NCBI GenBank assembly: GCA_051599415.1
Contig: AP039694.1
Location: forward strand, 496,001 to 560,000
Direction of reading: 5' to 3'
DNA: 64,000 nucleotides
From: Savitreella phatthalungensis
Taxonomy: Eukaryota
Part shown: piece after piece, positions 1-11,753 of the stretch
Numbering within the stretch: the first letter of the stretch is position 1
How the letters are laid out: each line of letters starts with the position of its first letter
Translations under genes and position numbers: made by a program
The notes under the pieces: model-generated
What the model saw: only the letters and a program-made list of their open reading frames with translations
Told to the model about the DNA's origin: nothing
Databases searched by the model: none

Positions 1-1047
1 GTCACCGGAGTTTGCCTCGTCAAGCTGGATTCGACCCTCACCGATACCCGTAACTGCAGCGATCGTGGACGAAGAGCGGAAGGCCGACCAGGCAATGGCA
101 AAGAAGGTGAAGATGGCGCCGATGACAATTGATGCCGTCTGCGTGCCAGCGGATTTGAGTAGTGGGTTGCACTGGCTGTTCCCCTGGGTTGGCTCATTCG
201 CAACTGCGGAGATGGTCAGGTAGGTGGTGTAGAAGCAGACCATGGCTGCTTGCGCGAGACCGGACCTAGGGTTGTACTCCTGCACGATCGGGTGGATCGA
301 GGCAACGGTTGACACAAACAGCAGGATCAAATTGATGGTGATGAACGCCTGGTTCATAGAGCAGCCGCTGCCGGCGAAGAAAGCATACATCACGCCTGTC
401 AGAGCAATCGCACCAGCATACATGCTCAAGGTGGACCCGACGAGCAGCGTCTGCCACGCTTTCGACTCTGTGGCTTCGTACTTTTCCAGACAAGTCTCTG
501 CCCAAGAGTGCGCGAAATCGACCAGAAGCCCGAGTCCGAATAGAATGAAGAGCACGGAGCCAGCCATGGAGAAGTAGTTTGCCCAGACTGCAAAGAAACC
601 ATTGGGAATAAAGAAGCTGAGAACGACAAGTGCAGCCCAACCGACCAGTTTAAAGCCCCACGCACCGTTCTGGATGAATGCTCGGGGATTGCGCGAGCTT
701 TGAACGCCGTACAGAGCTATTGCGAGGAGTAAGTGGAAGAGGCCCAATGCGAAGTTGATACGATGAACTGCGAGGACACCGTAGCATTTACCGCCTTGGC
801 ACGAGATCTGCATATAGTCTAAGGTGATGTGCTCGAGCTTCTTGATTGCCCAGCCGGACATCATGATCCACGAGAGGATCGAGTTGACGAGGAATAAGAG
901 CGAGTATGCGAGGCGCGTTGCGATCGAGCTCTGACATGTACCGCAAGTACGGCCGCAGAGCGCAAACATCCCGCTGCATGCACAGCTTGTCAGCATCGGC
1001 GCAACCCACGAGCCGGCCATGATAGGCAGCGAAAGGAGGACTCCCAT
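1..1047 (-). CDS. TMS1: SERINC/TMS1 (serine incorporator) membrane protein, 3'-truncated by the window edge
   Basis: Manual translation from ATG 1047 stays open to position 1: MGVLLSLPIMAGSW...CQSSIATRLAYSLLFLVNSILSWIM...CYGVLAVHRINFALGLFH...RAFIQNGAWGFK...LLVDFAHSWAETC...NPRSGLAQAAMV. These are SERINC hallmark motifs. Absent from the ORF track because it has no stop within the window. Confidence 0.93.
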   Translation of the reverse strand, partial: MGVLLSLPIMAGSWVAPMLTSCACSGMFALCGRTCGTCQSSIATRLAYSLLFLVNSILSWIMMSGWAIKKLEHITLDYMQISCQGGKCYGVLAVHRINFALGLFHLLLAIALYGVQSSRNPRAFIQNGAWGFKLVGWAALVVLSFFIPNGFFAVWANYFSMAGSVLFILFGLGLLVDFAHSWAETCLEKYEATESKAWQTLLVGSTLSMYAGAIALTGVMYAFFAGSGCSMNQAFITINLILLFVSTVASIHPIVQEYNPRSGLAQAAMVCFYTTYLTISAVANEPTQGNSQCNPLLKSAGTQTASIVIGAIFTFFAIAWSAFRSSSTIAAVTGIGEGRIQLDEANSGD

Positions 1048-1454
1048 GACAGGCGACCAAATTTCAAGTCACTCTGAATGTCTTCGACTGGATTAATCTT
1101 ACGTATAAGCCGGGCGCAATCTTTATAACACGAGATGATGTCGACAGTCCGTGAGTGCGTAACGGTCAATGTGTGCTGTATCCTGAAGGTAATTCTGGTG
1201 AAAGTGGCTCAGGTGGCTGGTAAGACAAACAAGTCTTCACGTGCGTGACAGGCTACACGTGCTGATTGGATGAATCAGCTGCTTGACCGAGACAATTGAT
1301 GTCACTGCTTATATGAAGGAACTTGATACGTTGATTCATCCAGGCAGTTCGAAGCCAAGACAAAGGATACCTTGAACTTTGGACTGTCGTTGCTGTCAAT
1401 ACAGGCGCCCAGTAAAGCGCTGACATTAGGGTCTCGGATCGAGTTCTGCAAGAC

Positions 1455-2678
1455 ATGCAGACCCTGCGCTGCTTCGCATGTGGCCGCACGGGTCAGCAGC
1501 AGGGTGAAGCGCTCGAATGCAACTTCTGTGGCTCTGACTTTGTCGAGATCTTAGACAGCCCTTCCCCGGAGCCACGACGAACAGAACAGCAACAGCAGCA
1601 CCAGCAGTCATCGCAGAATGGTCCACAAGGAGCACCCGGCGGTGGTGGCAATGAGTCTGGCCAGCCTGGGGAGAACACAGGCAACAGCTTCTCTAATATA
1701 TTGTGGAACCTTGTACAGCCGATCGTCACGCGTCATCAGGAGACAGCACGGCAGCTCCACCAGGACTTCTTCGCAGGTCAGCAACCTGCGTCGCCGGGAG
1801 AGCGCTCCTATAGTGACGCTACAGCAGGCAGATCGAGCAGTGCTCCACCACAACATCATCCACAGCACAACGCTTCTGCCAATCAGCCGCCGCCTCTGCC
1901 ATTCAACGATTTCTTTTCACAGCTTTTCGGCGGACTGCCAATGGCACCTGCAACGCATGCCTACAACCAGCATCATCAGCAGCACTACGACCAGCAGAGA
2001 ACCGATGGACAGGACGAACAACACTCTCAGACAAATCCGACACCTCCACAGACAGACTCCCACCCGGGCTGGCACACACAGACGATGCGAGGACCCGGTG
2101 GAATGACTTTCTCTGTCTCGTACGGTTCTGGTCCACCGGCAGCTGGACCGATCGGGTTGGAGCAGTTGTTTGGTGGTGGGTTCGCTCCTCCAGGAGCGCC
2201 ATTCGCACCTCTGCCGACGACTCCGCCGACGCTGCCAAACCTAGCTCAATTCATCGCTCAAGCGCTAGGCCGAGTACCAGGCACAGACATGCGTGACTAC
2301 GCAGCATCGGGCGCGCAGTTTGATGCAATTGTCACTGAGCTGATGAATCGGAACCCGCAGTCGAATGTGCGACCCGCGAATGAGGCGGCAATTGCAAGCA
2401 TTCCCCGGCGGAATTTGCAGCAGAACGACAAGCGGGTTGGGGAGGAGTGTACGATTTGCCAGGAGGAATACAAAGTGGCGGATGAGCTGATGGAGCTCGA
2501 CTGTCACCACGCCTACCACACGGCTTGTGTGACGGAGTGGCTACGCGTCAACGCCGCCTGTCCCATCTGCAGAAAGCCCGTCGTCGCACCAACCCACCAA
2601 ACAACTCCACACCCACAACCACAAACAGCATCACAGCAACCACAGCACGAGACGACTGAGCAGGACGGACTGGACTGA
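1455..2678 (+). CDS. RING-H2 E3 ubiquitin ligase, RNF126/RNF115-like
   Basis: N-terminal zinc ribbon CFAC...CNFCGSDFVE. C-terminal RING-H2 CTICQEEY...CHHAYHTACVTEWLRVNAACPICR, preceded by DYA..FDAIVTELM. Confidence 0.9.
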   Translation: MQTLRCFACGRTGQQQGEALECNFCGSDFVEILDSPSPEPRRTEQQQQHQQSSQNGPQGAPGGGGNESGQPGENTGNSFSNILWNLVQPIVTRHQETARQLHQDFFAGQQPASPGERSYSDATAGRSSSAPPQHHPQHNASANQPPPLPFNDFFSQLFGGLPMAPATHAYNQHHQQHYDQQRTDGQDEQHSQTNPTPPQTDSHPGWHTQTMRGPGGMTFSVSYGSGPPAAGPIGLEQLFGGGFAPPGAPFAPLPTTPPTLPNLAQFIAQALGRVPGTDMRDYAASGAQFDAIVTELMNRNPQSNVRPANEAAIASIPRRNLQQNDKRVGEECTICQEEYKVADELMELDCHHAYHTACVTEWLRVNAACPICRKPVVAPTHQTTPHPQPQTASQQPQHETTEQDGLD

Positions 2679-2942
2679 GGAATCCCAGATCCTTAACTGT
2701 ATGACAATGAGCGACGAATCCCTTTAACCTCGAATCTACCATTCATCCGCAAATGAAAATGTCTATTCACGTTGGTAACGACACAGCATGATCTGGCAGC
2801 TAATACGGCGAATTGTGAAAAGTCGATGTGTGCAAAGGTGTTTTCATTGATCCTTGCTACGATCTGTACCGAGCGATATAGGCGGATCGTAGGACGTCAA
2901 GGCAAGACAGGGGCATGTATGGTGGGTTTCGGATGCATAAGC

Positions 2943-3659
2943 TTAGGCCTTGAGTGCTGCGGCGTTGTCCTTCTGGGCCTGCTCGAATGCATCCTTGAAT
3001 GCGTTAGCGTTGTCAGAGTTTGCGAATCTGATTGCGAGTGTCTCTGCGGTGGCTTCGCCCTCGGAGACGTCTGCGGCCGTTGCGTAGACCCAGGACCTGT
3101 CTGAGCCGACGTTTGGAGAGAGGGACATGTCCGGGACGATGTAGTGGTTGGCGCAGACCTTGAGTGTCTTGTCACGTCGCATCACCAACCGAGTCCGCGA
3201 GTTGTCCTTGTGCTTCAAAAACTTGACATCACCTGTACCACGCTCCTTCCACTCGTTCGACTCCTGCACGAACCGGAACAGCTTTGCTCGCATCTTGAAA
3301 ACGACCTCCTCGCTCTCCTCGTTCGTCGTCACCTCTACAGCCTTGTCCAGCTTGATCACTGGCTCAAAGTGAACGTCGGCCTCCTCCTCGACTGCCTTGT
3401 CGTCATCGTTACCTCCTTCTGCAGCTGCCGCCGTAGATGGCTTCTCTGAGCTAGCTGTGTCCTCTGTCTTCTTCGACTCGCCTGCCGGTGCGGCCTCGGC
3501 GATCGACTTTGGCTCTTCAGTCGTCGTTGTTGTTGCTGCGGTGGATGAAGGCTTGCTGCCACCGAAGAGAGCCTTTGCCTCGTCAGTCACGGTCTGTGCA
3601 GCGTCTGCAATCGCGCTCTTGACCGACTCGGTCGTTGTAGGTGTTGTGCTGTCAGCCAT
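2943..3659 (-). CDS. YRB1: Ran-binding protein 1 (RanBD)
   Basis: [60 protein letters not shown]. Start placed at MADSTT (3659); the ORF stays open to 3791. Confidence 0.95.
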   Translation of the reverse strand: MADSTTPTTTESVKSAIADAAQTVTDEAKALFGGSKPSSTAATTTTTEEPKSIAEAAPAGESKKTEDTASSEKPSTAAAAEGGNDDDKAVEEEADVHFEPVIKLDKAVEVTTNEESEEVVFKMRAKLFRFVQESNEWKERGTGDVKFLKHKDNSRTRLVMRRDKTLKVCANHYIVPDMSLSPNVGSDRSWVYATAADVSEGEATAETLAIRFANSDNANAFKDAFEQAQKDNAAALKA

Positions 3660-3826
3660 CGGATATGAATCTATGTGGTATACCCGATGGGATCTACTCT
3701 TCTTCAAAATGTGGAGGCGGAGCTTCAGTAGCTTGTTGTGAGTTGGATGGTGGAGTCGTGGGCGTGCTGCTGACGTTGCATCGTTCGACATTCACTCGGT
3801 GGTTGAGATTGTCAGAGGAAGACTGT

Positions 3827-3847
3827 AGAGAGAGAGAGAGAGAGAGA
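3827..3847. repeat. (GA)n microsatellite upstream of YRB1
   Basis: agagagagag... run seen directly. Confidence 0.9.
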
Positions 3848-4746
3848 AAGAGAAACAGAGATGCTAGACAGACAATAGAGATTGTGAGAGTTCCTGGTAA
3901 TGCAGGAGCAGGAGCAGTAGTGCATTAGCAGTAGTGGTAGCAGTAATCGTAGTGGTGGAATCATGTTGGAATTCAGATGCATCAAAATCAATCTGCACAC
4001 TGTCAGGCAGATTGGACCATTCACGTGTACCACAGCTATTTGTGTGAAGTTCTATACAGTATAAACAGTGCTATATAGTACATGTTAGATCGAGTCAATG
4101 ATTGAATTTCAGTCGATGTTGGAGATGTTAAGGGAGTTCTGGTTTTCGAATGCAATTCAATGCGATGCACAGTACCTTCTTGGTGGAACATTGCACACTG
4201 ACCGTCGATTCAATGCACGAACATGAGCACTAACCTTGCCACCACATAATATCACATCCTCCCCATGCAGGCGCGCACGGGATGGACGTCAGGACATTCT
4301 CAGATGCACACACTCTCGTGCAGATGAATTTGTCCCTGTAGAACAATTCAGATCCCATTAGGTAGACTTGCCTCCCATTCGAAGCCAGTCATAAGATTGT
4401 CAAGAGCCTTGATCTGCTTCAATATTGACTATCTGATCACAACCCAATACAACGATAGTCGCTTTTTCTATACAATCGCTTGGTTCGCATGCTAGAGGCA
4501 GCAAATAGGAGTACGAGACCTGCAGCACGACATCAGCAGAGAGTATCGCGGAAGTTGATGCTTCCAATATGAGGGAGGACGGTGGCCAGGTAATCTGATG
4601 ACCTTTCCCCCTTGCAAATCAACGAGCATGTATACTGACAGGTAGCATTTGTGGGGCAACAGTCGACCGACGTCATCTGAAGCTGGTCTTGCTCCATTCT
4701 CCAGCTTCACCTGGCTCAAAAGCTGAGAATAGAACTGGGGGCAAGA

Positions 4747-5560
4747 GACGCGTCTGAGAGCTGGTTCCAGGTTGTGTGGAAATTAGACGCGTCTTGCAAT
4801 GTAGAATCCATAGATCCTGTAATCTCCAATCTGATGGAGTGAACATACTGAACTGAACGCGTGCTCTTAACTGATGACTGAATTAATTATGCATGAATGA
4901 TCAAAATACACCCGCGTCGTGATTCTGGTTCGAGCTAGCTTCAAAAAAGAGTGCAACCAGCCATCTCCATGAGTAGTTCTCTGACTTAGCTTCGAAAGGC
5001 TCTCCTAAATTGACTTTGATCTGATATAGGTTTCGTCATTCCTGTTCTGTTCAGTCAATTCAAGTTTAATCCTAGGAATGCTCGACGATGCTATAATCAC
5101 TTGTCAGATCTTATCGATATACATACTAGCTTGATTATTGTGGATTTTCACTAATTCAGTCGCGTCAATACAGAAGCTATTCTATAGGGAATATTATAAT
5201 TCGAGAAGGTAATAATGCATGCGACTATGCTAAATTGCATTTACCTCTGCAGAAGTCAATTACAAATTATACTGCAGATTATACTCTCAGACTTTTCAGC
5301 TGTCTTTTGTACGAGGTCGAATAAATTCAGGTCGAGTCATGTCATGCATGATGCACGCTTACCGTGCCTAGTACAGCCAGTCTGGATGTATGCGTGTGTG
5401 TGTATCTACTCTTTTAACCTCCTAACGAGTCAACCAGCTTACTAGTCAATCAGTCAACCAGTCAACCAGCCATCCACCAACTCCCCTTCCGTTACAGACG
5501 CGCTTCCTCTTACCCCTCGACGCGTCTTACTCACCAACTCACGCACGCTGCTAGACGCGC
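4747..5560. promoter_or_regulatory. Cluster of MluI cell-cycle boxes (MCB) upstream of RNR2
   Basis: ACGCGT at 4748, 4787, 4857 and 5520; ACGCGC at 5498 and 5555; TATATAA at about 5616. MBF regulation of RNR genes through MCBs is established in yeasts. Confidence 0.7.
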
Positions 5561-5792
5561 GCCAACTTGATCCCTGACGCAACGCCAGCACACATCTCCA
5601 GACAGGAGTCAAGAGTATATAACCTCCTCGGCAGCTTCATCTTCCACCAAACCCGTCACCTCTCTTTTTCCGGAACAACAAGCCATCTGCTACGATCCAT
5701 CTCAATCGTTCAGAGTCATCATCAGAGTTTCCCCGATACTCTCACAAGCATCCACAATCCCGCCGCTCGACTCAAAATTAGGATATAGCAAA

Positions 5793-6968
5793 ATGGCACC
5801 CGCAATCGACATGACACCCAGCAAGCAGGCAGCCACCGCCTTTGAGACCCTCGACCTCAGTGTTCAGCAGAGCGTCAAGTCCCTCAAGGACAAGTTCGCT
5901 GCTGCAGGCAAGAAGGACGGTATTGCCAAATACAACGCTACAAAGGCAGAGGAGGATCGCGCAGAGGCAGAGGAGGATGAGCCTCTCCTGGTCGAGAACC
6001 CAAAGCGTTTCGTCCTCTTCCCAATCAAGTACCACGAGATCTGGCAGATGTACAAGAAGGCAGAGGCCTCATTCTGGACCGCAGAGGAGATCGATCTCTC
6101 AAAGGACACACATGACTGGGAGAACAAGCTCAACGATGACGAGCGTTTCTTCATCTCCCATGTCCTCGCTTTCTTCGCAGCTTCCGACGGCATCGTGAAT
6201 GAGAACCTGCTTGAGCGCTTCTCGAACGAGGTCCAAGTCCCTGAGGCACGCTGCTTCTACGGCTTCCAGATCATGATGGAAAACATCCACTCCGAGACAT
6301 ACTCCCTCCTTATCGACACATACATCAAGGAGCCGGCACAGCGCCGCCACCTCTTTGACGCCATTGAGACGATTCCTTGCATCAAGCAGAAGGCTGACTG
6401 GGCCCTCCGCTGGATCTCAGACAAGGACGCTACCTTTGGCATGCGTCTTGTTGCCTTCGCAGCGGTCGAGGGCATCTTCTTCTCCGGCTCATTCGCCTCG
6501 ATCTTCTGGCTGAAGAAGCGTGGTCTGATGCCTGGACTGACCTTCTCCAATGAGCTTATCTCCCGTGACGAGGGTCTCCACACCGACTTTGCATGCCTGC
6601 TCTTCTCACACCTGAAGCGCAAGCCATCAAAGGAGCAGGTCCAGGCCATCATCACCGAGGCTGTCGAGATCGAGCAGGCTTTCCTGACAGACTCGCTGCC
6701 GTGCCCTCTGCTAGGTATCAACGCCAAGCTGATGCGCGAGTACATCGAGTTCGTGGCTGACCGTCTGCTCTTGTCGCTTGGCAACAAGAAGTTCTACCAC
6801 ACCGTCAACCCCTTCGATTTCATGGAGAACATCTCCCTCACTGGCAAGACCAACTTCTTCGAGAAGCGTGTGGGTGACTACCAGAAGGCTGGTGTCATGT
6901 CTGGCGCAAACAAGGACGGTGAGGAGAAAACGTCTGGCCACGCCTTCTCACTCGAGGAGGACTTCTAA
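5793..6968 (+). CDS. RNR2: Ribonucleotide reductase small subunit (class Ia beta)
   Basis: [69 protein letters not shown] and C-terminal FSLEEDF. Confidence 0.99.
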   Translation: MAPAIDMTPSKQAATAFETLDLSVQQSVKSLKDKFAAAGKKDGIAKYNATKAEEDRAEAEEDEPLLVENPKRFVLFPIKYHEIWQMYKKAEASFWTAEEIDLSKDTHDWENKLNDDERFFISHVLAFFAASDGIVNENLLERFSNEVQVPEARCFYGFQIMMENIHSETYSLLIDTYIKEPAQRRHLFDAIETIPCIKQKADWALRWISDKDATFGMRLVAFAAVEGIFFSGSFASIFWLKKRGLMPGLTFSNELISRDEGLHTDFACLLFSHLKRKPSKEQVQAIITEAVEIEQAFLTDSLPCPLLGINAKLMREYIEFVADRLLLSLGNKKFYHTVNPFDFMENISLTGKTNFFEKRVGDYQKAGVMSGANKDGEEKTSGHAFSLEEDF

Positions 6969-7301
6969 AGCATCCACTTTGCTTCCGACCTGTTCCCTCC
7001 CAGCTACATGACCCCCAATTCACTCCGGCATCTGCATCATGACCCTTGCTCCTCTCGGACACTCTATTTTTCTCCCCCTTGTTAGACGACACTCCATCTC
7101 CATCCCAGCAGCTTTCCCTTCCCTCTCACATCTCATGTACGTAGGCCTGTCCGCAGCGCACTCACTCGAAACCCTTTTTATGTACCATAAGCAATCATCG
7201 TAAGCTCCAGACGCAGTGTTCAGATGCCCATTCATTGTGACCCGATGATCTCATGCATGACCTTTTTGCTGTCATGTATGTCTTTGTATGCTATGCTACA
7301 C

Positions 7302-8075
7302 TCACCTGCCGAGCCAACCACCATCCACAACGAGAGTCTCACCTGTAGTCCATGCAGCTGCTTTCGAGAGAAGGTAGATGACTGCACCGGCGAGTTCTTC
7401 TGGCTTACCGTACCTGCCTGCTGGCGTCCTGTTCAAGATCTCGTTGTTGCGCTTCTCGTCCTGTCGGAGTGCTGTGATGAGGTCGGTGGCGATGTATCCT
7501 GGTGCGAGCGCGTTCACCCTGATTCCCTGTGGCGCCCACTCGTTCGACATGGCCTTCGTCAACCCCACAACGGCGTGCTTCGTCGCAGCGTACGCGCTCA
7601 CACCCACACCACCCTGGTACGACATCACGGAAGCGAGGTTGACGATCGATGGCGAGATGGCAGAAGATCCTGTGTCGGGCGAGCGCGAGAGCACGAGCGA
7701 TGCAAAGTCTCGACACAGGCGCCAGGTCGCGTGCAGGTTCACCTGCATCACCTCCCCGTACTCCGACTCTGGGAAGGTGTCTGCGGTGTGACGGCGGTTG
7801 ATGCCGCCGCAGTTGACGAGGCCTGTGAGTGGGGTCGGTGCGATCTCGGATGCCCGTGAGATCAGTGTCGCTACCTGAGAAGCATCCCCAAGCTCGCACG
7901 TCACGAATAGCTTCCCGGTCGACGGACCATCCTCCGGCAGTGTCCGGACTGATCGGATCACCGTTGCGCCAGCAGCCTCGAGAGCTTCAGCCAGAGTAGC
8001 ACCAATCCCACGTGACGCCCCTGTCACAAGAATCGTCTGGCCGGACAGACCGAATAGGTTGTCGAGATACGACAT
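7302..8075 (-). CDS. Short-chain dehydrogenase/reductase, 2-deoxy-D-gluconate 3-dehydrogenase (KduD)-like
   Basis: TGASRGIG Rossmann motif, catalytic YAATK, NEWAPQGIRVNALAPGYIAT, RTPAGRYG and VDGGWLGR terminus. Confidence 0.85.
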   Translation of the reverse strand: MSYLDNLFGLSGQTILVTGASRGIGATLAEALEAAGATVIRSVRTLPEDGPSTGKLFVTCELGDASQVATLISRASEIAPTPLTGLVNCGGINRRHTADTFPESEYGEVMQVNLHATWRLCRDFASLVLSRSPDTGSSAISPSIVNLASVMSYQGGVGVSAYAATKHAVVGLTKAMSNEWAPQGIRVNALAPGYIATDLITALRQDEKRNNEILNRTPAGRYGKPEELAGAVIYLLSKAAAWTTGETLVVDGGWLGR

Positions 8076-8576
8076 GCTGGGTGAATCGTTCAGTGGAGAT
8101 GTTGATCGGCGTATCGAGCGTCTCTGGATAAGTCAAAGGAGAGGTCGACCTGAAGAAAGGGTTGCGGAAGGGACGGCCTGGAGTGGAGTGGAGTGAAATG
8201 AAAGTGCGGGATGTTGACCATTGGGCGGTTGACTTTTGCGGATGTTCGGAGATGGAAATTGCTTCGTTTACAATATATTCCGCTCCACAATTTATTTAAA
8301 TTTAGTAGTTGTTGTGGAGCCGTAACTAGAGAGATTGAAGGATAAATAAATAAATTCCGGGGAAATAGTAATAATTCACAAGCAAAGGATTTAAACTTTT
8401 GTTGAGTGATTGTTCAGAAGTGACCTCATCGCATGAGTGCACGATCGAATGCACAAACACAAAAATAACGTGCTCATAACTCATCCATTCATTCATCCAT
8501 TCATTCATTCATCCTCCTCCTCATCACCACTACCAACAACCTCTTGGTACTACACGAACATCATCTTCTTTTCTAT

Positions 8577-9707
8577 ATGCCAACCAAGGCAATCAAGCTC
8601 GACGTCAAGAGAAGAGCAGTCGATATCCACAGCAAGAGTCAAAGCGCAACTAAGACATCGGCTACCGCTATGCCGATCGAGTCACAGCGTCCACGGTCAC
8701 GTGCTGACACCAGCGCTCCGTCGAGTGCTGACATCACACCTACCGTTGACACGGACGAAGCAGTTCACAAGGCCATGCAGGCGGCCCCGTCAGCCAAGTC
8801 AGAAACATCTCACGCCACCAACGCCTTCAGCGTCCTCATGAGCAAACCGGCCGCTCGCAAACCACAAACATTCATCCCGCCGGAAGGCAAGCGCTCGCCT
8901 GGCGACAAACTCGCTGGCGTAACAATACGACCTACTCGGGACAGCGATGCGTTTGCATGGCCTCGGTCGCGGTTAGGTCGCGGGCTGCGGGAGTACATCG
9001 TAGATCCTGTCGGTTCGAGGAGCGGTGGGAGCGTGGTGTACGAGGACGACAGGTTTGTGGTCATCAGGGACATGTATCCAAAGGCGTTTGTCCACCTGCT
9101 CATCCTCCCAAGGGACATGCACGCCAACGCACTACACCCGCTCGTCTACCTGACCGACCCAGACCGCGTCGCCAAAGCGAACGACGTCGTCCAAAAGATC
9201 ATGCCGATGGCTGTGACTGCGCTCGACAAGGCCACGCGATCTGCGTTTCCCGAGTTGTTTGCGGGTGTGGAGGTCGGTAGCGATTCTGACACGACTGATG
9301 GTGAAGGTGGTGGCGGTGAGCGGGGGTTGGTGGTTTCGGAGGAGGATTTCATGGTAGGGATTCATGTGAATCCGTCGATGGCGCACGTGCACCTGCACGT
9401 CATCTCGCGTGATCTCGCAGGCCGCTGTATCCGCCACAAGGCTCACTACAACTCCTTCACCACCGACTTCTTCGTCACCGCCTGGACACCAGCCCGCTCA
9501 AACGAAGTCCCGGACGCTCCACTTACCGGCAGAGAGTGGGTCTGGGACCATGACGTCAGGATGGGTTGGCATTCGCTCCCGCTAAGGGACAGGAAGACTG
9601 GAAGGCCTGTCAAGGACGTGCCGACGTTGAAGCAGCTGCTACTGTCGAATTGGCGCACAGAGGTAGCCCAACGACTCAAACGACGCAGTCCTAGACCTGC
9701 CCTGTGA
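8577..9707 (+). CDS. HNT3: Aprataxin-like HIT protein
   Basis: NAFSVLM, VVIRDMYPKAFVHLLILPR, GIHVNPSMAHVHLHVISRD (HIT triad), HKAHYNSFTTDFFV. Confidence 0.9.
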   Translation: MPTKAIKLDVKRRAVDIHSKSQSATKTSATAMPIESQRPRSRADTSAPSSADITPTVDTDEAVHKAMQAAPSAKSETSHATNAFSVLMSKPAARKPQTFIPPEGKRSPGDKLAGVTIRPTRDSDAFAWPRSRLGRGLREYIVDPVGSRSGGSVVYEDDRFVVIRDMYPKAFVHLLILPRDMHANALHPLVYLTDPDRVAKANDVVQKIMPMAVTALDKATRSAFPELFAGVEVGSDSDTTDGEGGGGERGLVVSEEDFMVGIHVNPSMAHVHLHVISRDLAGRCIRHKAHYNSFTTDFFVTAWTPARSNEVPDAPLTGREWVWDHDVRMGWHSLPLRDRKTGRPVKDVPTLKQLLLSNWRTEVAQRLKRRSPRPAL

Positions 9708-9956
9708 ACGACCGTTCAAGCACATCTACTCGCGCCAGCTCGGCAAGGCGAGACCACGACCACGAATTTGACGAGATTTGTATGAGGAATGACTACACTA
9801 TTGAAAAAGACTTTTAGCTATACTAGATTGTTGGCGTGGGCTAGAGGTTCCTCTTCTTTCGTTGCGTCCTAGAAATTACACGAAGTTATGAAAATATCTC
9901 TTTCGGAGAGGGATCTAGTGGATAAAGGTGCTCGTGTGTAATGAATGAACCCATTT

Positions 9957-11753
9957 TCACTTGAGCGACTGCTTGCCGACGAGTTTCGGGTCACGGAGGA
10001 AGCAGGCAAAGATGATGAGTGGGACGACGAGGGCCATGCCGACTCCACACAGAACCACCTGGACGTGCTTGTAGGCCTCGACGATGGCGTCCCGGATCGG
10101 AGAGCCGAGCGGGTAGGTGGGAGCGACTGTAAGGGCTGAGCCGTAGACGAGTGTGGCAATGGTCGTGTTGGAGGTCACCTTGGCAAGCTCCGACTGGAGG
10201 CGGCCTGGGAGGACGTTTGTGTAGACTGCTCCGGAGACGGCAGAGCCGATGCCAGAGCCGACGTAGAAGAGCGCGAGGTAGAGTCCGGTGATGACAGCCA
10301 GGTTCTCGTGCTTGGTGGCCGCTTGGGCAGAAGTCAGGGTCGGGTAGGTGAAGAAGCCTGCGCCGAATCCCAGGAGGACCTGGGCGGCAATGATACCTGC
10401 GCGCGACGTACCGTGACCACGGTAGTAGATGAGCAAGGCAAATGCCGGCAACCACATGAATGTTCCAAAGAGGATGAATGGCTTGACACGCTGGACGCGC
10501 GGCAGGGCAACGACCATGCCGACGATTGTGCCGGTCAGGGTGGAGACGAAGGTGTAGAGGGACGAGATGCGAGTGGCAGAGAGGATGGACTCGCCGAATG
10601 AGACGACGAGGACGGTGTAGAGGTAGTCACCCTGCATGTACCAGCACCAGTCGAAAATGACGGCTATGCCGAGCGCTGCCCAGACGCCACGGTCCCTGAG
10701 CAGGTCGAATGGGACGACTGGCTTCCGTGCCCCCTTGAGCTCCCACAGCACAAAGACTGGGATGAGAACGAAGCCGACGACGAGGGGAGCGATGATGTGG
10801 CCCTTCTGCCAGGTCGAGCTCACGCCGCCAGCCAGGGTCAGAGGGACGAGGATGCAGGCGAGGACTGCGATCATGAGAATGACACCGACAACGTCGAGCA
10901 GCCAGAAGAGCTCGATGATGAAGTTCTTGGGTGTCATCTTGTGGAAGGGACCGGGAGGTAGCTGGCCACGGGCCTTGTATCCATTGTAAGCGAGCATGGC
11001 AAGCATTGGTAGAGCGATGACGGGGATGATGATGGCCCACATGCCCATACCCCAGTGCCAGGTGGTGCGACCAAGGACTGCAGCCGTGACGTTACCGGAG
11101 ATCCAGACGTTGACGATGTACGGCATGAGTGGGACAAAGGTGCCAAGCACACGGTATCGAAGAGAGACAAAGTCGGCAATGATGACGGTCACAGTGATCA
11201 AGACTCCGCTGAAACCGATCTGGTAAATGATGACGCCCGCAGCGAACTGACGGAGACCGTTCGAGGTCGCCTCGATGATAGTGCCGATGATGTAGAAGCC
11301 AATGGCGACCATGAGGATCTCGAATCGGCCAAAGACGTCGGCAAGCTTGGCATAGGTGGGCTGTGCTGCTGCGCCGATGACCGAGCGCAGGACGTTCACT
11401 GTTGAGAGGAGACCCAGCTGTGCGAAGGAAGATGTGGCGTATGATTGGTAGGTGTAACGGATTGTGCCGTCGAGGTCGTAGCCATAGGCAAAAACGAAGA
11501 TGGCGAGGAGGAGAAGGATGATCTCGGTGTTTGAGAACTGACCGGCGAGGACCTCGACACGCTTGACTCCCGCTGACTTGGACTCGATCGATGAAGTTTC
11601 GGAGAAGTCGCCTTGAGCGCTGGCATCACGCTCTGCCACTTCTGCGTCATAGGATGACTTGGACATGTTTGTGGTCCTTTGCGCTGATGGCTGGACCGTC
11701 GGAGGTTGATCTACCGAGAAGAAGGATGACAGACGGTCTTTAAATGTTGGCAT
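9957..11753 (-). CDS. Siderophore-iron transporter (MFS, ARN/SIT family)
   Basis: KSAGVKRVE, AYGYDLDGTIRYTYQSYATSSF, AAAQPTYAKLADVFGR, WYMQGDYLYTVLVV, SAQAATKHENLAVITGLYLA; about 14 hydrophobic segments. Confidence 0.93.
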   Translation of the reverse strand: MPTFKDRLSSFFSVDQPPTVQPSAQRTTNMSKSSYDAEVAERDASAQGDFSETSSIESKSAGVKRVEVLAGQFSNTEIILLLLAIFVFAYGYDLDGTIRYTYQSYATSSFAQLGLLSTVNVLRSVIGAAAQPTYAKLADVFGRFEILMVAIGFYIIGTIIEATSNGLRQFAAGVIIYQIGFSGVLITVTVIIADFVSLRYRVLGTFVPLMPYIVNVWISGNVTAAVLGRTTWHWGMGMWAIIIPVIALPMLAMLAYNGYKARGQLPPGPFHKMTPKNFIIELFWLLDVVGVILMIAVLACILVPLTLAGGVSSTWQKGHIIAPLVVGFVLIPVFVLWELKGARKPVVPFDLLRDRGVWAALGIAVIFDWCWYMQGDYLYTVLVVSFGESILSATRISSLYTFVSTLTGTIVGMVVALPRVQRVKPFILFGTFMWLPAFALLIYYRGHGTSRAGIIAAQVLLGFGAGFFTYPTLTSAQAATKHENLAVITGLYLALFYVGSGIGSAVSGAVYTNVLPGRLQSELAKVTSNTTIATLVYGSALTVAPTYPLGSPIRDAIVEAYKHVQVVLCGVGMALVVPLIIFACFLRDPKLVGKQSLK

